Part shown: positions 1 through 10,434 of the stretch, one piece after another
Position numbering within the stretch: position 1 is the stretch's first letter
Layout of the letters: every line of letters begins with the position of its first letter
Assembly (NCBI GenBank): GCA_963823525.1
Contig: CAWGLW010000001.1
Coordinates: forward strand, 491,252 to 555,251
DNA length: 64,000 nucleotides
DNA from: an uncultured Gammaproteobacteria bacterium
GTDB taxonomy: Bacteria; Pseudomonadota; Gammaproteobacteria; Steroidobacterales; Steroidobacteraceae
Reading direction: 5' to 3'
Position numbers and translations under genes: made by a program
The notes under the pieces: generated by a model
Told to the model about the DNA's origin: nothing
Seen by the model: the letters and a program-made list of their open reading frames with translations, nothing else
Database searches by the model: none

Positions 1-872
1 AGGTATGGATGCAGACGCGATCGACGCACGAGCAGGCGTCGCAGTTGCGGTTCGACATCACGAAGGAAGCGGGCCGCCGACACGGCGCGTGGCCGTTCGA
101 CTCGCGGCACGAAGACTTCCAGCAGTCGAGGGTCGTAACGCCGCTCGAAACGCCGGTAACGGCCAAGTTTGCGTCGATAGTGCTCGCCAATGGTCTGTCG
201 ATTACCGCTGATCGGCTCCACACGGGCGCGGCTCACCTGGCGCGGGCGGGTGCCCGCCACGTCCATCATCAGCCGGTCCACGTATTCGAGTTTTCGCAGC
301 GCCGGCCAGCCTTCGTACTCGCGCCGCCATCGTGCCCGGGGCTGCAGCCAGACGGCAAAGGTTTCGGCGAAGTCCTCTGTCGAATGACTCTGTGCATACC
401 AGTGACCCAGATGCAGCACATGGCGCCGGCTGGCAGGCCGCGGGGAGTAAACGGTCGGGTAAGGTCGCGATGCCGGCCCAAAAGTCCGGCGCCACTCGGC
501 GCGTCTCCGAAGGGAATAGGCGTTGTCCAGCGCATGACCGGTCTCGTGGCGCAGAATTCGCACCAGCCACTTGCGGTTGCCGCCCTCGACCTCGCCGACG
601 AAGCGGCGCTCGAGCCGTTTCAGTCGCGGATGCGCGAGAAAAAACGGCACAGCAATCCCGGCCACGCCATCGGGAACGAACCACTCGTCGGAAAACCAGG
701 CGTGCGGCCTGAAACCGATGCCCCGGCGCTCGAGTTCCGCATTAACCTGTTCGAGCGCCGAACTGACGTCGGAATCTGGCAGGTGCAGCCCGAGGTCACA
801 GAGTCTTACCTCGAGCAAGGCCTCGTCGTCGAGCCGGGTCCAGTCGATTCTTCGGGATCCCATGATGGTCAT
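1..872 (-). CDS. putative zinc metallopeptidase (HExxH), 3' end cut by window edge
   Basis: Absent from the ORF track because it runs off the left edge. The reverse-strand reading from ATG at 872 gives MTIMGSRRIDWTRLDDEALLEVRLCDLGLHLP...VRILRHETGHALDNAY..., open to position 1. HETGH is an HExxH zinc motif. The + ORF 9..884 is a shadow of this gene. Confidence 0.7.
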   Translation of the reverse strand, partial: MTIMGSRRIDWTRLDDEALLEVRLCDLGLHLPDSDVSSALEQVNAELERRGIGFRPHAWFSDEWFVPDGVAGIAVPFFLAHPRLKRLERRFVGEVEGGNRKWLVRILRHETGHALDNAYSLRRRAEWRRTFGPASRPYPTVYSPRPASRRHVLHLGHWYAQSHSTEDFAETFAVWLQPRARWRREYEGWPALRKLEYVDRLMMDVAGTRPRQVSRARVEPISGNRQTIGEHYRRKLGRYRRFERRYDPRLLEVFVPRVERPRAVSAARFLRDVEPQLRRLLVRRSRLHPY

Positions 873-935
873 GCCGGTGCTTAACCGCGGTCGCCAGGCG
901 TGCGATAGTACATCAACGCAGACACTGGGGACCTC

Positions 936-2555
936 ATGGCGAACCTCGCCGCCAGCACCATTCGCATCGGCCGTCGCTATCGAGCGAACCGGCTGAACGG
1001 CCCCTACGACGCGCTCGTGATCGGTTCCGGTATCGGCGGCCTGACGACCGCGGCGCTGCTCTCTGAACTCGGCCTGCGGACCGCCGTATTCGAGCAGCAC
1101 TACACCGCCGGAGGCTGCACCCACAGCTACGAGCGCAATGGTTACGAGTGGGACGTTGGGGTTCATTACGTCGGTGACATGGGCGCCTCAACGATGACTG
1201 CGCGACTGATGAGTTTCCTGACCAATGACGAAGTCCAGTGGGCGCCGATGGCAGCGAACTACGACCGGTTTTTCATTGGCGATCGTCATTACGACGCTAT
1301 GGCAGGCAGGGAAGCTTACCGCGAAAACCTGCTCGGCCATTTTCCACGCGAAGCAGCGACTATCGACCGATACCTGGAACTGCTGAGCGAAGTCTCTCGC
1401 GGCATGCGCTCTCTGGCGCTCGGGCGAACCCTGCCGCCCTGGCTGGCCGTCCTTGCCCGGCCATACCTCAGCCATCAACTGCCGCGCCGCCTGCTGCGCA
1501 CCAGCTGGGAGGTGCTTTCCGAGATCACGAGGGACCGCGAACTGATTGCGGTACTGACCGGGCAGTGGGGCGATCTCGGTCTGCCGCCAAAGCGTTCCGC
1601 GTTCATCATGCAGGCGATGATCTCAAAGCATTATCTGCACGGCGGCTACTACCCGGTTGGCGGCGCCTGGCGTATTGCCGATGCAATCCTGCCGCGTATC
1701 CGTGCGACGGGTGGAGAAGTCTTCACGTATGCGCGCGTCAGGGAAATCACCGTGCGTAACGGCCACTCAACCGGCATCGTGATGGATGACGGGACGTCTA
1801 TAGAATCGAAATGCGTCATATCCGGCGCCGGTGTCAGCAATACGCTGACCCGGCTGCTGCCTGCATCGGCGCTGGCCTCCAGTGGATACGATCGCCTGCT
1901 CGAGCGCGTCAGGCCCAGCATCGGACACCTGGGCGTGTACGTCGGGCTGAAAGCCACAGCCGATGAACTTGGATTGCCGAAGACCAATTACTGGATCTAC
2001 CAGGACAATGACTGCGACGCCGCAGTCGATCGATTCATCGCCGACCCGCAGAGCCCGTTCCCGGCCGTCTATATCTCGTTCCCGTCTGCGAAGGATCCCG
2101 ACTTCGAACGTCGCCACCCGGGCCGCTCGACGATCGAGATCGTTGCACCGGCCCCGTACGAGGCTTTCGAGCGATGGTCGGGCACCACCTGGGGCCAGCG
2201 TGGCGAGGACTATGAGGCGCTGAAACAGCAGCTCGGCGAGCGACTGCTCGAGCATCTCTATCAGCGGCTTCCTCAGCTTCGCGGCCGCATTGACTACTGG
2301 GAAGTCTCCACGCCGCTGTCCATGCAGTGGTTCGGCGGCTGGGAACGCGGCGAACTCTACGGCCTCGATCACGATCCGCAGCGTTTCCGGCAAAGCTGGT
2401 TACGACCAAGGAGCCGCATAGCCGGACTGTGGCTGACAGGCCAGGACATCATGTCCTGCGGCGTCACGGGCGCGATGGTGGGCGGAGTGGCCTGTGCGTC
2501 GGCCATCGCCGGCGCACGCAGGATCGCGCCACTGATGCAGCGTGTCCTCGGCTGA
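936..2555 (+). CDS. FAD/NAD(P)-binding oxidoreductase, phytoene desaturase (CrtI)/retinol saturase-like family
   Basis: N-terminal dinucleotide-binding motif DALVIGSGIGGLTTAALLSELG..VFEQHYTAGG. The 539-aa length and C-terminal GxD region are typical of the CrtI family. Confidence 0.8.
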   Translation: MANLAASTIRIGRRYRANRLNGPYDALVIGSGIGGLTTAALLSELGLRTAVFEQHYTAGGCTHSYERNGYEWDVGVHYVGDMGASTMTARLMSFLTNDEVQWAPMAANYDRFFIGDRHYDAMAGREAYRENLLGHFPREAATIDRYLELLSEVSRGMRSLALGRTLPPWLAVLARPYLSHQLPRRLLRTSWEVLSEITRDRELIAVLTGQWGDLGLPPKRSAFIMQAMISKHYLHGGYYPVGGAWRIADAILPRIRATGGEVFTYARVREITVRNGHSTGIVMDDGTSIESKCVISGAGVSNTLTRLLPASALASSGYDRLLERVRPSIGHLGVYVGLKATADELGLPKTNYWIYQDNDCDAAVDRFIADPQSPFPAVYISFPSAKDPDFERRHPGRSTIEIVAPAPYEAFERWSGTTWGQRGEDYEALKQQLGERLLEHLYQRLPQLRGRIDYWEVSTPLSMQWFGGWERGELYGLDHDPQRFRQSWLRPRSRIAGLWLTGQDIMSCGVTGAMVGGVACASAIAGARRIAPLMQRVLG

Positions 2556-2611
2556 GCACACCTGCGGCGCATCGCGAGTGCCAGCCGCACTGGCCGGCCA
2601 GGAGTGATGGT

Positions 2612-3487
2612 TCAATAGGCGCGCTTCTTGGTGTCCATCATGCGCAGGATCAACGGTGTCAGTATGATCTGCATCGCGATGGGCAGCTTGCCGCCCGGGA
2701 CGACGATCGTGTTTGGCCTGGACATGAATGAGTCGTGCACCATCGACAACAGGTAAGGAAAGTCGATTCCCTTGGGGTTCGCAAACCGGATGATCAGATA
2801 ACTCTCGTCGCCGGAGGGGATATCCTTCGCGATGAATGGATTGCTCGTATCCACCGTCGGTACGCGCTGGAAATTGATGTGCGTGCGTGAGAACTGCGGA
2901 CAGACATAGTTCAGGTAGTCCGGCATGCGCCTGAGGATCGTGTCGACGACCGCCTCCGTCGAATAGCCGCGCATGCTGCGATCGCGATGCAACTTCTGTA
3001 TCCATTCGAGATTGATGATCGGCACGACGCCGATCAACAGGTCCGGGTACTTCGAGAGGTCGTGCTCGCCCGCCTTCACGGCACCGTGCAGGCCTTCGTA
3101 AAACAGCAGGTCGGAGCCCTCCCCGATATCCACCCAGGGTGTGAAAGTACCCGGGTCACCGCCGTATTTCTCTGCTTCCTTGTCATCGTGGATGTACTTC
3201 CGGGAACGGCCTTTGCCGCTTAGCGAGTAGCTCCGGAACAATTCCTCGAGTTCCCCGAACAGGTTCGAATCGGGGCCGAAGTGACTGAAATTGTGATTGC
3301 CGGCCTCGCCGGCTTCTTTCATCGCCTGGCGCATCGCCACACGATCGTGGCGATGAAAGGCATCACCTTCGATGATCGCCGCTTCGATCTTCTCGCGACG
3401 GAATATCCAGTCAAACGTGTCCTTGACGGTTGATGTCCCGGCGCCCGAAGAGCCGGTTACCGCAATGATCGGGTGTCGCGCCGACAT
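2612..3487 (-). CDS. cbbP: phosphoribulokinase
   Basis: MSARHPIIAVTGSSGAGTST (P-loop) ...IINLEWIQKLHRDR... is typical bacterial PRK. ATG at 3487 is preceded by AAGGAGCAG. The longer track start at 3571 is rejected. Confidence 0.95.
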   Translation of the reverse strand: MSARHPIIAVTGSSGAGTSTVKDTFDWIFRREKIEAAIIEGDAFHRHDRVAMRQAMKEAGEAGNHNFSHFGPDSNLFGELEELFRSYSLSGKGRSRKYIHDDKEAEKYGGDPGTFTPWVDIGEGSDLLFYEGLHGAVKAGEHDLSKYPDLLIGVVPIINLEWIQKLHRDRSMRGYSTEAVVDTILRRMPDYLNYVCPQFSRTHINFQRVPTVDTSNPFIAKDIPSGDESYLIIRFANPKGIDFPYLLSMVHDSFMSRPNTIVVPGGKLPIAMQIILTPLILRMMDTKKRAY

Positions 3488-3506
3488 CTTCTGCTCCTTG
3501 AACCGA

Positions 3507-4571
3507 TCAGTGGTTCGTAAAAAGCGAGCGCTCGCCGAACAGCGGTGAACTGTATGGCTTGTCCTCGCCACTGTCGTATTCTTCGTGGTAACGCTCCACG
3601 CGCTCGACCTCTTCGCGCGAGCCGAGAACCGCGGGGGTGCGCTGATGCAGGCTCTCGGGTACCTGATCGAGGATCCGGCCTCGACCGGTCGAGGCGCAGC
3701 CGCCCGCCTGTTCCACGAGCATCGCCATCGGGTTGGCTTCGAACAGCAGCTTCAACCGGCCTTCGCGGTGATCCTCACGCTGGTCGCGGGGGAAAAGATA
3801 AATGCCGCCGCGCATCAGGATGCGATGCACATCGGCAACCATCGAGGCGGCCCAGCGGGTGTTGAAATCACGCCCGCGCGATCCTTCACCGCCGGTCTTG
3901 CACTCTTCCACGTAGCGCACGATCGGCGGCTCCCAGAATCGTCGGTTCGACGCGTTAATGTAGTACTCGGAGGTCGATTCCGCGATTCGGATATCAGGAT
4001 GGGTCAGCACGAAGTTGCCCACTTCACGATCCAGCGTAAAACCATGCGTGCCCTGGCCGACACTGAGTACGAGTTGTGTTGAGGGACCGTAGATCGCATA
4101 TCCGGCCGCCAGCTGTCGCGATCCGGCCTGCAGTACCGCGGCATCGTCGCGGCTGTTCTCCGGCAGGCTGAGGACCGAGAATATCGATCCGAGGGAGACA
4201 TTGACATCCAGGTGCTGCGCGCCCTCCAGGGAATCGAAGACCAGCGCCAGCGGACCTCTCGGCCCATCGACAAAATGAACGCTTTCGGCGGTCTCCGCGG
4301 CGAGCGCGCCGATCAGGCCGCTCCACTCGATACCACGTGTGAAGTAGGCAGCGGCCAGGCGCTCGAGGTTGGCCGACGGCAAAACAGTCTGCGGTGCGCC
4401 CTCGCCGAGGCCGGAAAGCCCGACCAGCGAACCTTTGCCGAGCGCGGCGGAGATCGCCTTGATGACTGCCGCCACGTCGACCAGCAATGCAGCCAGCTCT
4501 CGGCCGTGCTCGGTATCAGAGACCTGCTGGATCAGGAACTTCGAAATCGTCGTGTAGCCCGGACTCAGCAT
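3507..4571 (-). CDS. cbbF: fructose-1,6-bisphosphatase class 1 (Calvin-cycle type)
   Basis: Class I FBPase motifs are present: [45 protein letters not shown]. The start ATG overlaps the cbbX stop by 7 nt (ATGCTGA). Confidence 0.93.
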   Translation of the reverse strand: MLSPGYTTISKFLIQQVSDTEHGRELAALLVDVAAVIKAISAALGKGSLVGLSGLGEGAPQTVLPSANLERLAAAYFTRGIEWSGLIGALAAETAESVHFVDGPRGPLALVFDSLEGAQHLDVNVSLGSIFSVLSLPENSRDDAAVLQAGSRQLAAGYAIYGPSTQLVLSVGQGTHGFTLDREVGNFVLTHPDIRIAESTSEYYINASNRRFWEPPIVRYVEECKTGGEGSRGRDFNTRWAASMVADVHRILMRGGIYLFPRDQREDHREGRLKLLFEANPMAMLVEQAGGCASTGRGRILDQVPESLHQRTPAVLGSREEVERVERYHEEYDSGEDKPYSSPLFGERSLFTNH

Positions 4572-5479
4572 GCCGCCTCCTCGCCGTCTTTTGCTTCGCG
4601 GGCGCCGTCGAAGACTCGACTCGCCCGTATATCTGCCGCCTCGAGTGTCACCAGCATTTGCGCATCGACATTGCCGACCTCCAGCAGGCGTCGTGCCTGG
4701 CGCAGCCGCGCCCTGTCAATTGCGTTTCGCAAGGACCGCGCATTGGCAAAATTGGGCTGCTTGCGCCGCAACTCGAGGTATTCGCCGAGCGCCTCTCTCG
4801 CCGACTCCGACAGCCGCAGCCCGAGCTGGCCAACCATCGTGGCTGCAATCGCCTCGAGTTCCGCTACCGTGTAGTCGGGGAAGTCGATGTGGTGGGCAAC
4901 GCGCGAGGCGAGTCCGGGATTGCTCTGGAAAAACGTGTCCATTCGGGACTTGTAGCCGGCGAAAATGACAACCAGGTCGTCCCGCTGGTTTTCCATCACC
5001 TGCATCAGTATCTCGATCGCTTCCTGCCCGTAATCGCGCTCGTTTTCCGGTCGGTAGAGGTAGTAGGCCTCATCGATAAACAGCACGCCGCCCATGGCGC
5101 GCTTGAGGACCTCCTTGGTTTTTGGTGCCGTATGACCAATGTACTGACCAACGAGATCGTCCCGCGTAACGGTCACGAGGTGACCTTTGCGAACGTGACC
5201 CAGCCGGTGCAGGATCGTCGCCATTCGCATCGCGACGGTGGTCTTGCCGGTGCCAGGATTGCCGCTGAAGCACATATGCAGTGAAGGCTTGGTCACCTCG
5301 ACGCCGAGTGCGGCACGCGCCTTGTCGACGACAAGCAGTGAGGCAATCTCGCGGATGCGGGTCTTGACCGGGACCAGGCCGACGAGCTCGCGGTCAAGCT
5401 CGTCGAGCACCTCGCTGACACCGGTTTCCTCGAGCAAATGATTCAGGTCGATCATCTGGTCCTGGCCATCGTCGCCCAT
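4565..5479 (-). CDS. cbbX: red-type RuBisCO activase CbbX (AAA+)
   Basis: [17 protein letters not shown] (Walker A), [13 protein letters not shown] (Walker B) and [32 protein letters not shown] match the CbbX signature. It lies directly downstream of cbbS. Confidence 0.93.
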   Translation of the reverse strand: MGDDGQDQMIDLNHLLEETGVSEVLDELDRELVGLVPVKTRIREIASLLVVDKARAALGVEVTKPSLHMCFSGNPGTGKTTVAMRMATILHRLGHVRKGHLVTVTRDDLVGQYIGHTAPKTKEVLKRAMGGVLFIDEAYYLYRPENERDYGQEAIEILMQVMENQRDDLVVIFAGYKSRMDTFFQSNPGLASRVAHHIDFPDYTVAELEAIAATMVGQLGLRLSESAREALGEYLELRRKQPNFANARSLRNAIDRARLRQARRLLEVGNVDAQMLVTLEAADIRASRVFDGAREAKDGEEAAC

Positions 5480-5500
5480 GTCGAATCCTCGCTACCTGCC

Positions 5501-5893
5501 TCAGGCGCCGATACGCTCCAGCTTGTAACGTATCGAGCGGCCAGGTCCCTCTTCTCTCTGCAGTCGATACTGTGCCTCGACTGCCGGGCGATTGACGATG
5601 AACGACATGCGCATGGTCTCGAAACCACGGGTGGAATCAAAGGCGTTGATCTTGATGTACTGATCACCGTGCAGTTTGCGGCATTCCTTCAATTCGCCTA
5701 TGGCACCGGCCGGGTCCCGCAGATCGAACATCGGCAGGCCCCACATCTCCCACATCGTATTGCGCGGGTGCGGATCGTCGGTGTACTCGATCGATACAGC
5801 CCAGCCCTGTTCCAGCGCGTACTCGACCTGCTTCGCAATCTGCTCATCCGTCAGGTCCGGCAGAAAAGAAAACGTTCCCTGGGTAATTCTCAT
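5501..5893 (-). CDS. cbbS: RuBisCO small subunit
   Basis: [57 protein letters not shown] is a red-type small subunit sequence. ATG at 5893 follows AAGGAGAC. Confidence 0.95.
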   Translation of the reverse strand: MRITQGTFSFLPDLTDEQIAKQVEYALEQGWAVSIEYTDDPHPRNTMWEMWGLPMFDLRDPAGAIGELKECRKLHGDQYIKINAFDSTRGFETMRMSFIVNRPAVEAQYRLQREEGPGRSIRYKLERIGA

Positions 5894-5903
5894 GTTGGTC
5901 TCC

Positions 5904-7494
<1,591 letters not shown>

Positions 7495-8454
7495 ATGGAA
7501 CAGCGGAACATTAGCTTGAGGCAACTGCAGGTCATGAAGGCGGTCGTGGATAACGGATCGATGGCACAAGCCGGTCGCCAGTTGTTCATGACCGGACCGG
7601 CCGTCACGCAGCAGATTCAGCAACTGGAGAAAACGATCGGCGCACCGGCCTTCGACCGGATTGGACGCCGGCTGCGGCTCACGGCGGTTGGCGAACGAGT
7701 ACTCGCCGCCGCCGGCGACGTGCAGAGACGGCTGGGCCGGCTGAGCAAGGAGCTCGATGCGATTCGCAAACGCGACGATGGCACGCTGCACCTGGGAATT
7801 CTCGCCACCGGCACTCACATCCTGCCGCCTCTGCTGGCCGAATTCCGGAAGAACACGCCGGGGATTGCCGTTCACATGGCCGTTTCCAGTCGCGAAGACC
7901 TCGTTCAACGCCTGATGGACGGCGAGGTGGACCTGGCGCTGATGGGGCGTGGGCCGGACGCCCGGACGACCCGCGAGGCCGTGACCGGAGACCCGCTGAC
8001 GCGCGAACCTTTCGCGAGCAACCCGCACGTGATCATTGCCTGGCCCGGACATCCGCTGGCGGGGGCCAGCGACGTCTCGCCGATCGAACTTCGCCACGAG
8101 AGCATCGTGCAACGCGAACGCGGCTCGGGCACACGCGGCATGCTCGACGGTTTCCTGGCCATGCACCGCATCGCCCCGCGTGAGCGGATCACGGTCAGCG
8201 GCAATGAAATGGTCAAGCACGCGGTGATGTCACGCCTGGGCGTGAGCCTGACGTCGATGCACACGCTCTCTCTTGAACTGCAGAGCGGCGCATTGATCCG
8301 GCTCGACATCGCCCATACACCGATTCTGCGGACCTGGTACGTGGTTCACCACACGGTCCGCTGGCTGCCACCTGCGGCCGCCGCCTTCCGCGATTACCTG
8401 CTCAACGAAGGCGCCCGCAAGGTCGAATCCCATACCCGGGAACTGCTGGCCTGA
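7495..8454 (+). CDS. cbbR: LysR-family transcriptional regulator, CbbR-like
   Basis: N-terminal wHTH: LRQLQVMKAVVDNGSMAQAGRQLFMTGPAVTQQIQQLEKTIG. It is divergent from cbbL, which is the classic arrangement. Confidence 0.85.
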   Translation: MEQRNISLRQLQVMKAVVDNGSMAQAGRQLFMTGPAVTQQIQQLEKTIGAPAFDRIGRRLRLTAVGERVLAAAGDVQRRLGRLSKELDAIRKRDDGTLHLGILATGTHILPPLLAEFRKNTPGIAVHMAVSSREDLVQRLMDGEVDLALMGRGPDARTTREAVTGDPLTREPFASNPHVIIAWPGHPLAGASDVSPIELRHESIVQRERGSGTRGMLDGFLAMHRIAPRERITVSGNEMVKHAVMSRLGVSLTSMHTLSLELQSGALIRLDIAHTPILRTWYVVHHTVRWLPPAAAAFRDYLLNEGARKVESHTRELLA

Positions 8455-8518
8455 CCAACGAAGGGGGCGCCAGACGGCATTGGAGCGTCCTGTGCGCGGC
8501 GTGGCAATTCGATCCCGA

Positions 8519-9349
8519 TCAGTGTCTGCCCAGCCAGTCCCTGAGTTCGCCGATGACCTGATCTTTTTCGGGCTCGTTATAGACCTCGTGAAACAGACCC
8601 GGGTAGGTCTTGAACTCACGATCCGTGGCCGTTGCCCGGCGGTAGACGTCTCGAACACCGTCCAGCGGCACGAGGCTGTCCGCCGTGCCATGCTGTATCA
8701 GCATGGGCAGGCGCAGCCCGGCGATTTCATCGGGGAACCTGGCCATGGCCTGCAGCAGTTCGGCCACGGTCCGTGCGGGAATCGAGCCGCTGTGAACCAG
8801 GGGATCGCTTTCGTAGCGGCTCACCACGTCGGGATCGCGACTGACCGCCTCGGCCGGCAGTTTCAATGCGCCGACATTCGGCAGCACCACGGACAACATC
8901 CTGACCATGGCCAGCTTCGTCGGCGATACGATTTCGGCCGCGGCAAGCGCCGGCCCCGACAGGACAAGGCCTTGGAGACTGCCCTGGATTCGCAGGGCGG
9001 TCGCGGTCGCAATCGCACCGCCCATGCTGTGCCCGAGCAGGAAGACCGGTGCGCCCGGGTGACGCTGTGCCGAGCGGCCGACGAACGTGCTCAAATCCGT
9101 GACCAGGTAGGAAAAGCGATCGATATTGGCACGATGGCCGGGCGATCGGCCGTGCCCGCGGTGATCGAGTGCGTAAACGGCGTAACCGTCATCGACCAGC
9201 CGACCGGCGAGCTCGTCATAACGGCCACCGTGTTCGGCCAGCCCGTGAGCGATAACGACGACCGCCCGCGGGCTGTGCTCAGGAACCCAGGACTGAGCAT
9301 ACAGGTCCAGCCCCCCAAATCCCGGCGTGTTCATCTCCCCGTGTTTCAT
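8519..9349 (-). CDS. alpha/beta hydrolase, lysophospholipase / monoacylglycerol-lipase-like
   Basis: VVVIAHGLAEHGGRY, nucleophile elbow GHSMGG, and C-terminal HEVYNE. The start is taken at MKHGEM (9349) because the longer ORF overlaps the upstream gene. Confidence 0.8.
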   Translation of the reverse strand: MKHGEMNTPGFGGLDLYAQSWVPEHSPRAVVVIAHGLAEHGGRYDELAGRLVDDGYAVYALDHRGHGRSPGHRANIDRFSYLVTDLSTFVGRSAQRHPGAPVFLLGHSMGGAIATATALRIQGSLQGLVLSGPALAAAEIVSPTKLAMVRMLSVVLPNVGALKLPAEAVSRDPDVVSRYESDPLVHSGSIPARTVAELLQAMARFPDEIAGLRLPMLIQHGTADSLVPLDGVRDVYRRATATDREFKTYPGLFHEVYNEPEKDQVIGELRDWLGRH

Positions 9350-9389
9350 GACGCGCTGCCCCGTTGACTTTCCATCTCCGCGTGACCGA

Positions 9390-10304
9390 TCAGCGGTCGC
9401 CAAAGGCTGCGAGCGCGGCCTGCGCAACTTCGCGACCATGCTCCTGCACGAAATGACCGGCCTGTGCGAGTTCCAGGGGTGGCGGACAACCACGTATCAT
9501 CTTCGCCAGCGCCTGCATGACGGGCGGTCCAAGCACCGGGTCTTTCATTCCGATGGCCATGAAAGTCGGACCCTGCCATTTTTCGCGCAGATACTCCGCC
9601 GCCTTGAGAGACTCGGCAACGCCATCCATGTCCGGCCGTACCGGTACCAGTTCCGGAAAACGCCTTGCGCCCGCCCGGTAACGGGCATCCGGGAACGGCG
9701 CCGCATAGGCGGCGGCCTCGCCGTCGCTGAGGGTCGGCTCCGACTGCTTCATCAATCGCGCGATGTCGAAATCGGGATTCGACGCAACAAATGCTTTCCA
9801 GCTGTCGAATCCCGGCCCGGGTGACCTGCCGGTACCCAGCCCGGTATTCATCACGATCAGCCGGTCGATACGCTCAGGAAACTGACCCGGCAACGTCAGG
9901 CCGAGCAACCCGCCCCAGTCCTGCACGACCAGCGTGATGCGTCGAAGATTCAGCGATTCGATGAATCGCAACAGAAGGTTGCGGTGAAACGTATATGTAT
10001 AAATGGCGTCATCCACCGGTTTATCGGAACGCCCGAAACCGAGCAGGTCCGGTACGACGACGCGATGTCCGGCGGCGGTGAATACCGGGATCATCTTGCG
10101 ATAGAGATAGCACCAGGTCGGCTGTCCGTGCAGGCACAGCACGGTGCGATCGCTGCCCGGTTCGGGGGGCGTCTCATCGAGGTAATGCGCCCTCAGCCCC
10201 TCGTAGCCAGGCAGCGACTCCAGATAATGTGGTGCAAAGTCGAAGCCCGGCAGGCCCTCAAAGCGCTGATCGGGTGTACGTAATGCCTGTATTGCCGTGC
10301 TCAT
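9390..10304 (-). CDS. haloalkane dehalogenase, DhlA-like (HLD-I)
   Basis: Close to my memory of Xanthobacter DhlA along its length: IRTPDQRF, GLRAHYLDE, LHGQPTWCYLYRKMIPVF, ITLVVQDWGG (Asp nucleophile followed by Trp), FMAIGMKD, AGHFVQE. A strong GGAGGTGA Shine-Dalgarno sequence lies before ATG at 10304. Confidence 0.85.
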   Translation of the reverse strand: MSTAIQALRTPDQRFEGLPGFDFAPHYLESLPGYEGLRAHYLDETPPEPGSDRTVLCLHGQPTWCYLYRKMIPVFTAAGHRVVVPDLLGFGRSDKPVDDAIYTYTFHRNLLLRFIESLNLRRITLVVQDWGGLLGLTLPGQFPERIDRLIVMNTGLGTGRSPGPGFDSWKAFVASNPDFDIARLMKQSEPTLSDGEAAAYAAPFPDARYRAGARRFPELVPVRPDMDGVAESLKAAEYLREKWQGPTFMAIGMKDPVLGPPVMQALAKMIRGCPPPLELAQAGHFVQEHGREVAQAALAAFGDR

Positions 10305-10434
10305 CGCTCACCTCCTCTGGACGAGTCACGCTACCACTGAAACAGCAGCAGTCCAAGACGAGCGGAATCGGACTTGCCGGCTTGCGCCCCGGCTGCCAGC
10401 ATCACCTCTTCGCCCGGCCATCAGTGCAGATTTC

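Noticed and set aside
9-884. Long shadow ORFs on the strand opposite recognised genes. Examples: 9..884 +, 6117..7172 +, 16436..17728 +, 20243..21106 +, 22537..23688 +, 24561..25907 -, 34474..35574 -, 37421..39094 +, 45745..46770 -.
   Set aside because: Their translations are Arg/Pro/Gly/Ala-rich and low in complexity, with no recognisable motifs. Each lies antisense to a gene with clear family signatures. This is the expected artefact of scarce stop codons in GC-rich DNA.
10297-10434. A GTG start at 10297 for the S9 peptidase.
   Set aside because: It would overlap the divergent dehalogenase start codon region and add 46 non-signal-like residues. GTG at 10435 yields a proper signal peptide. 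The exact start remains unverified.
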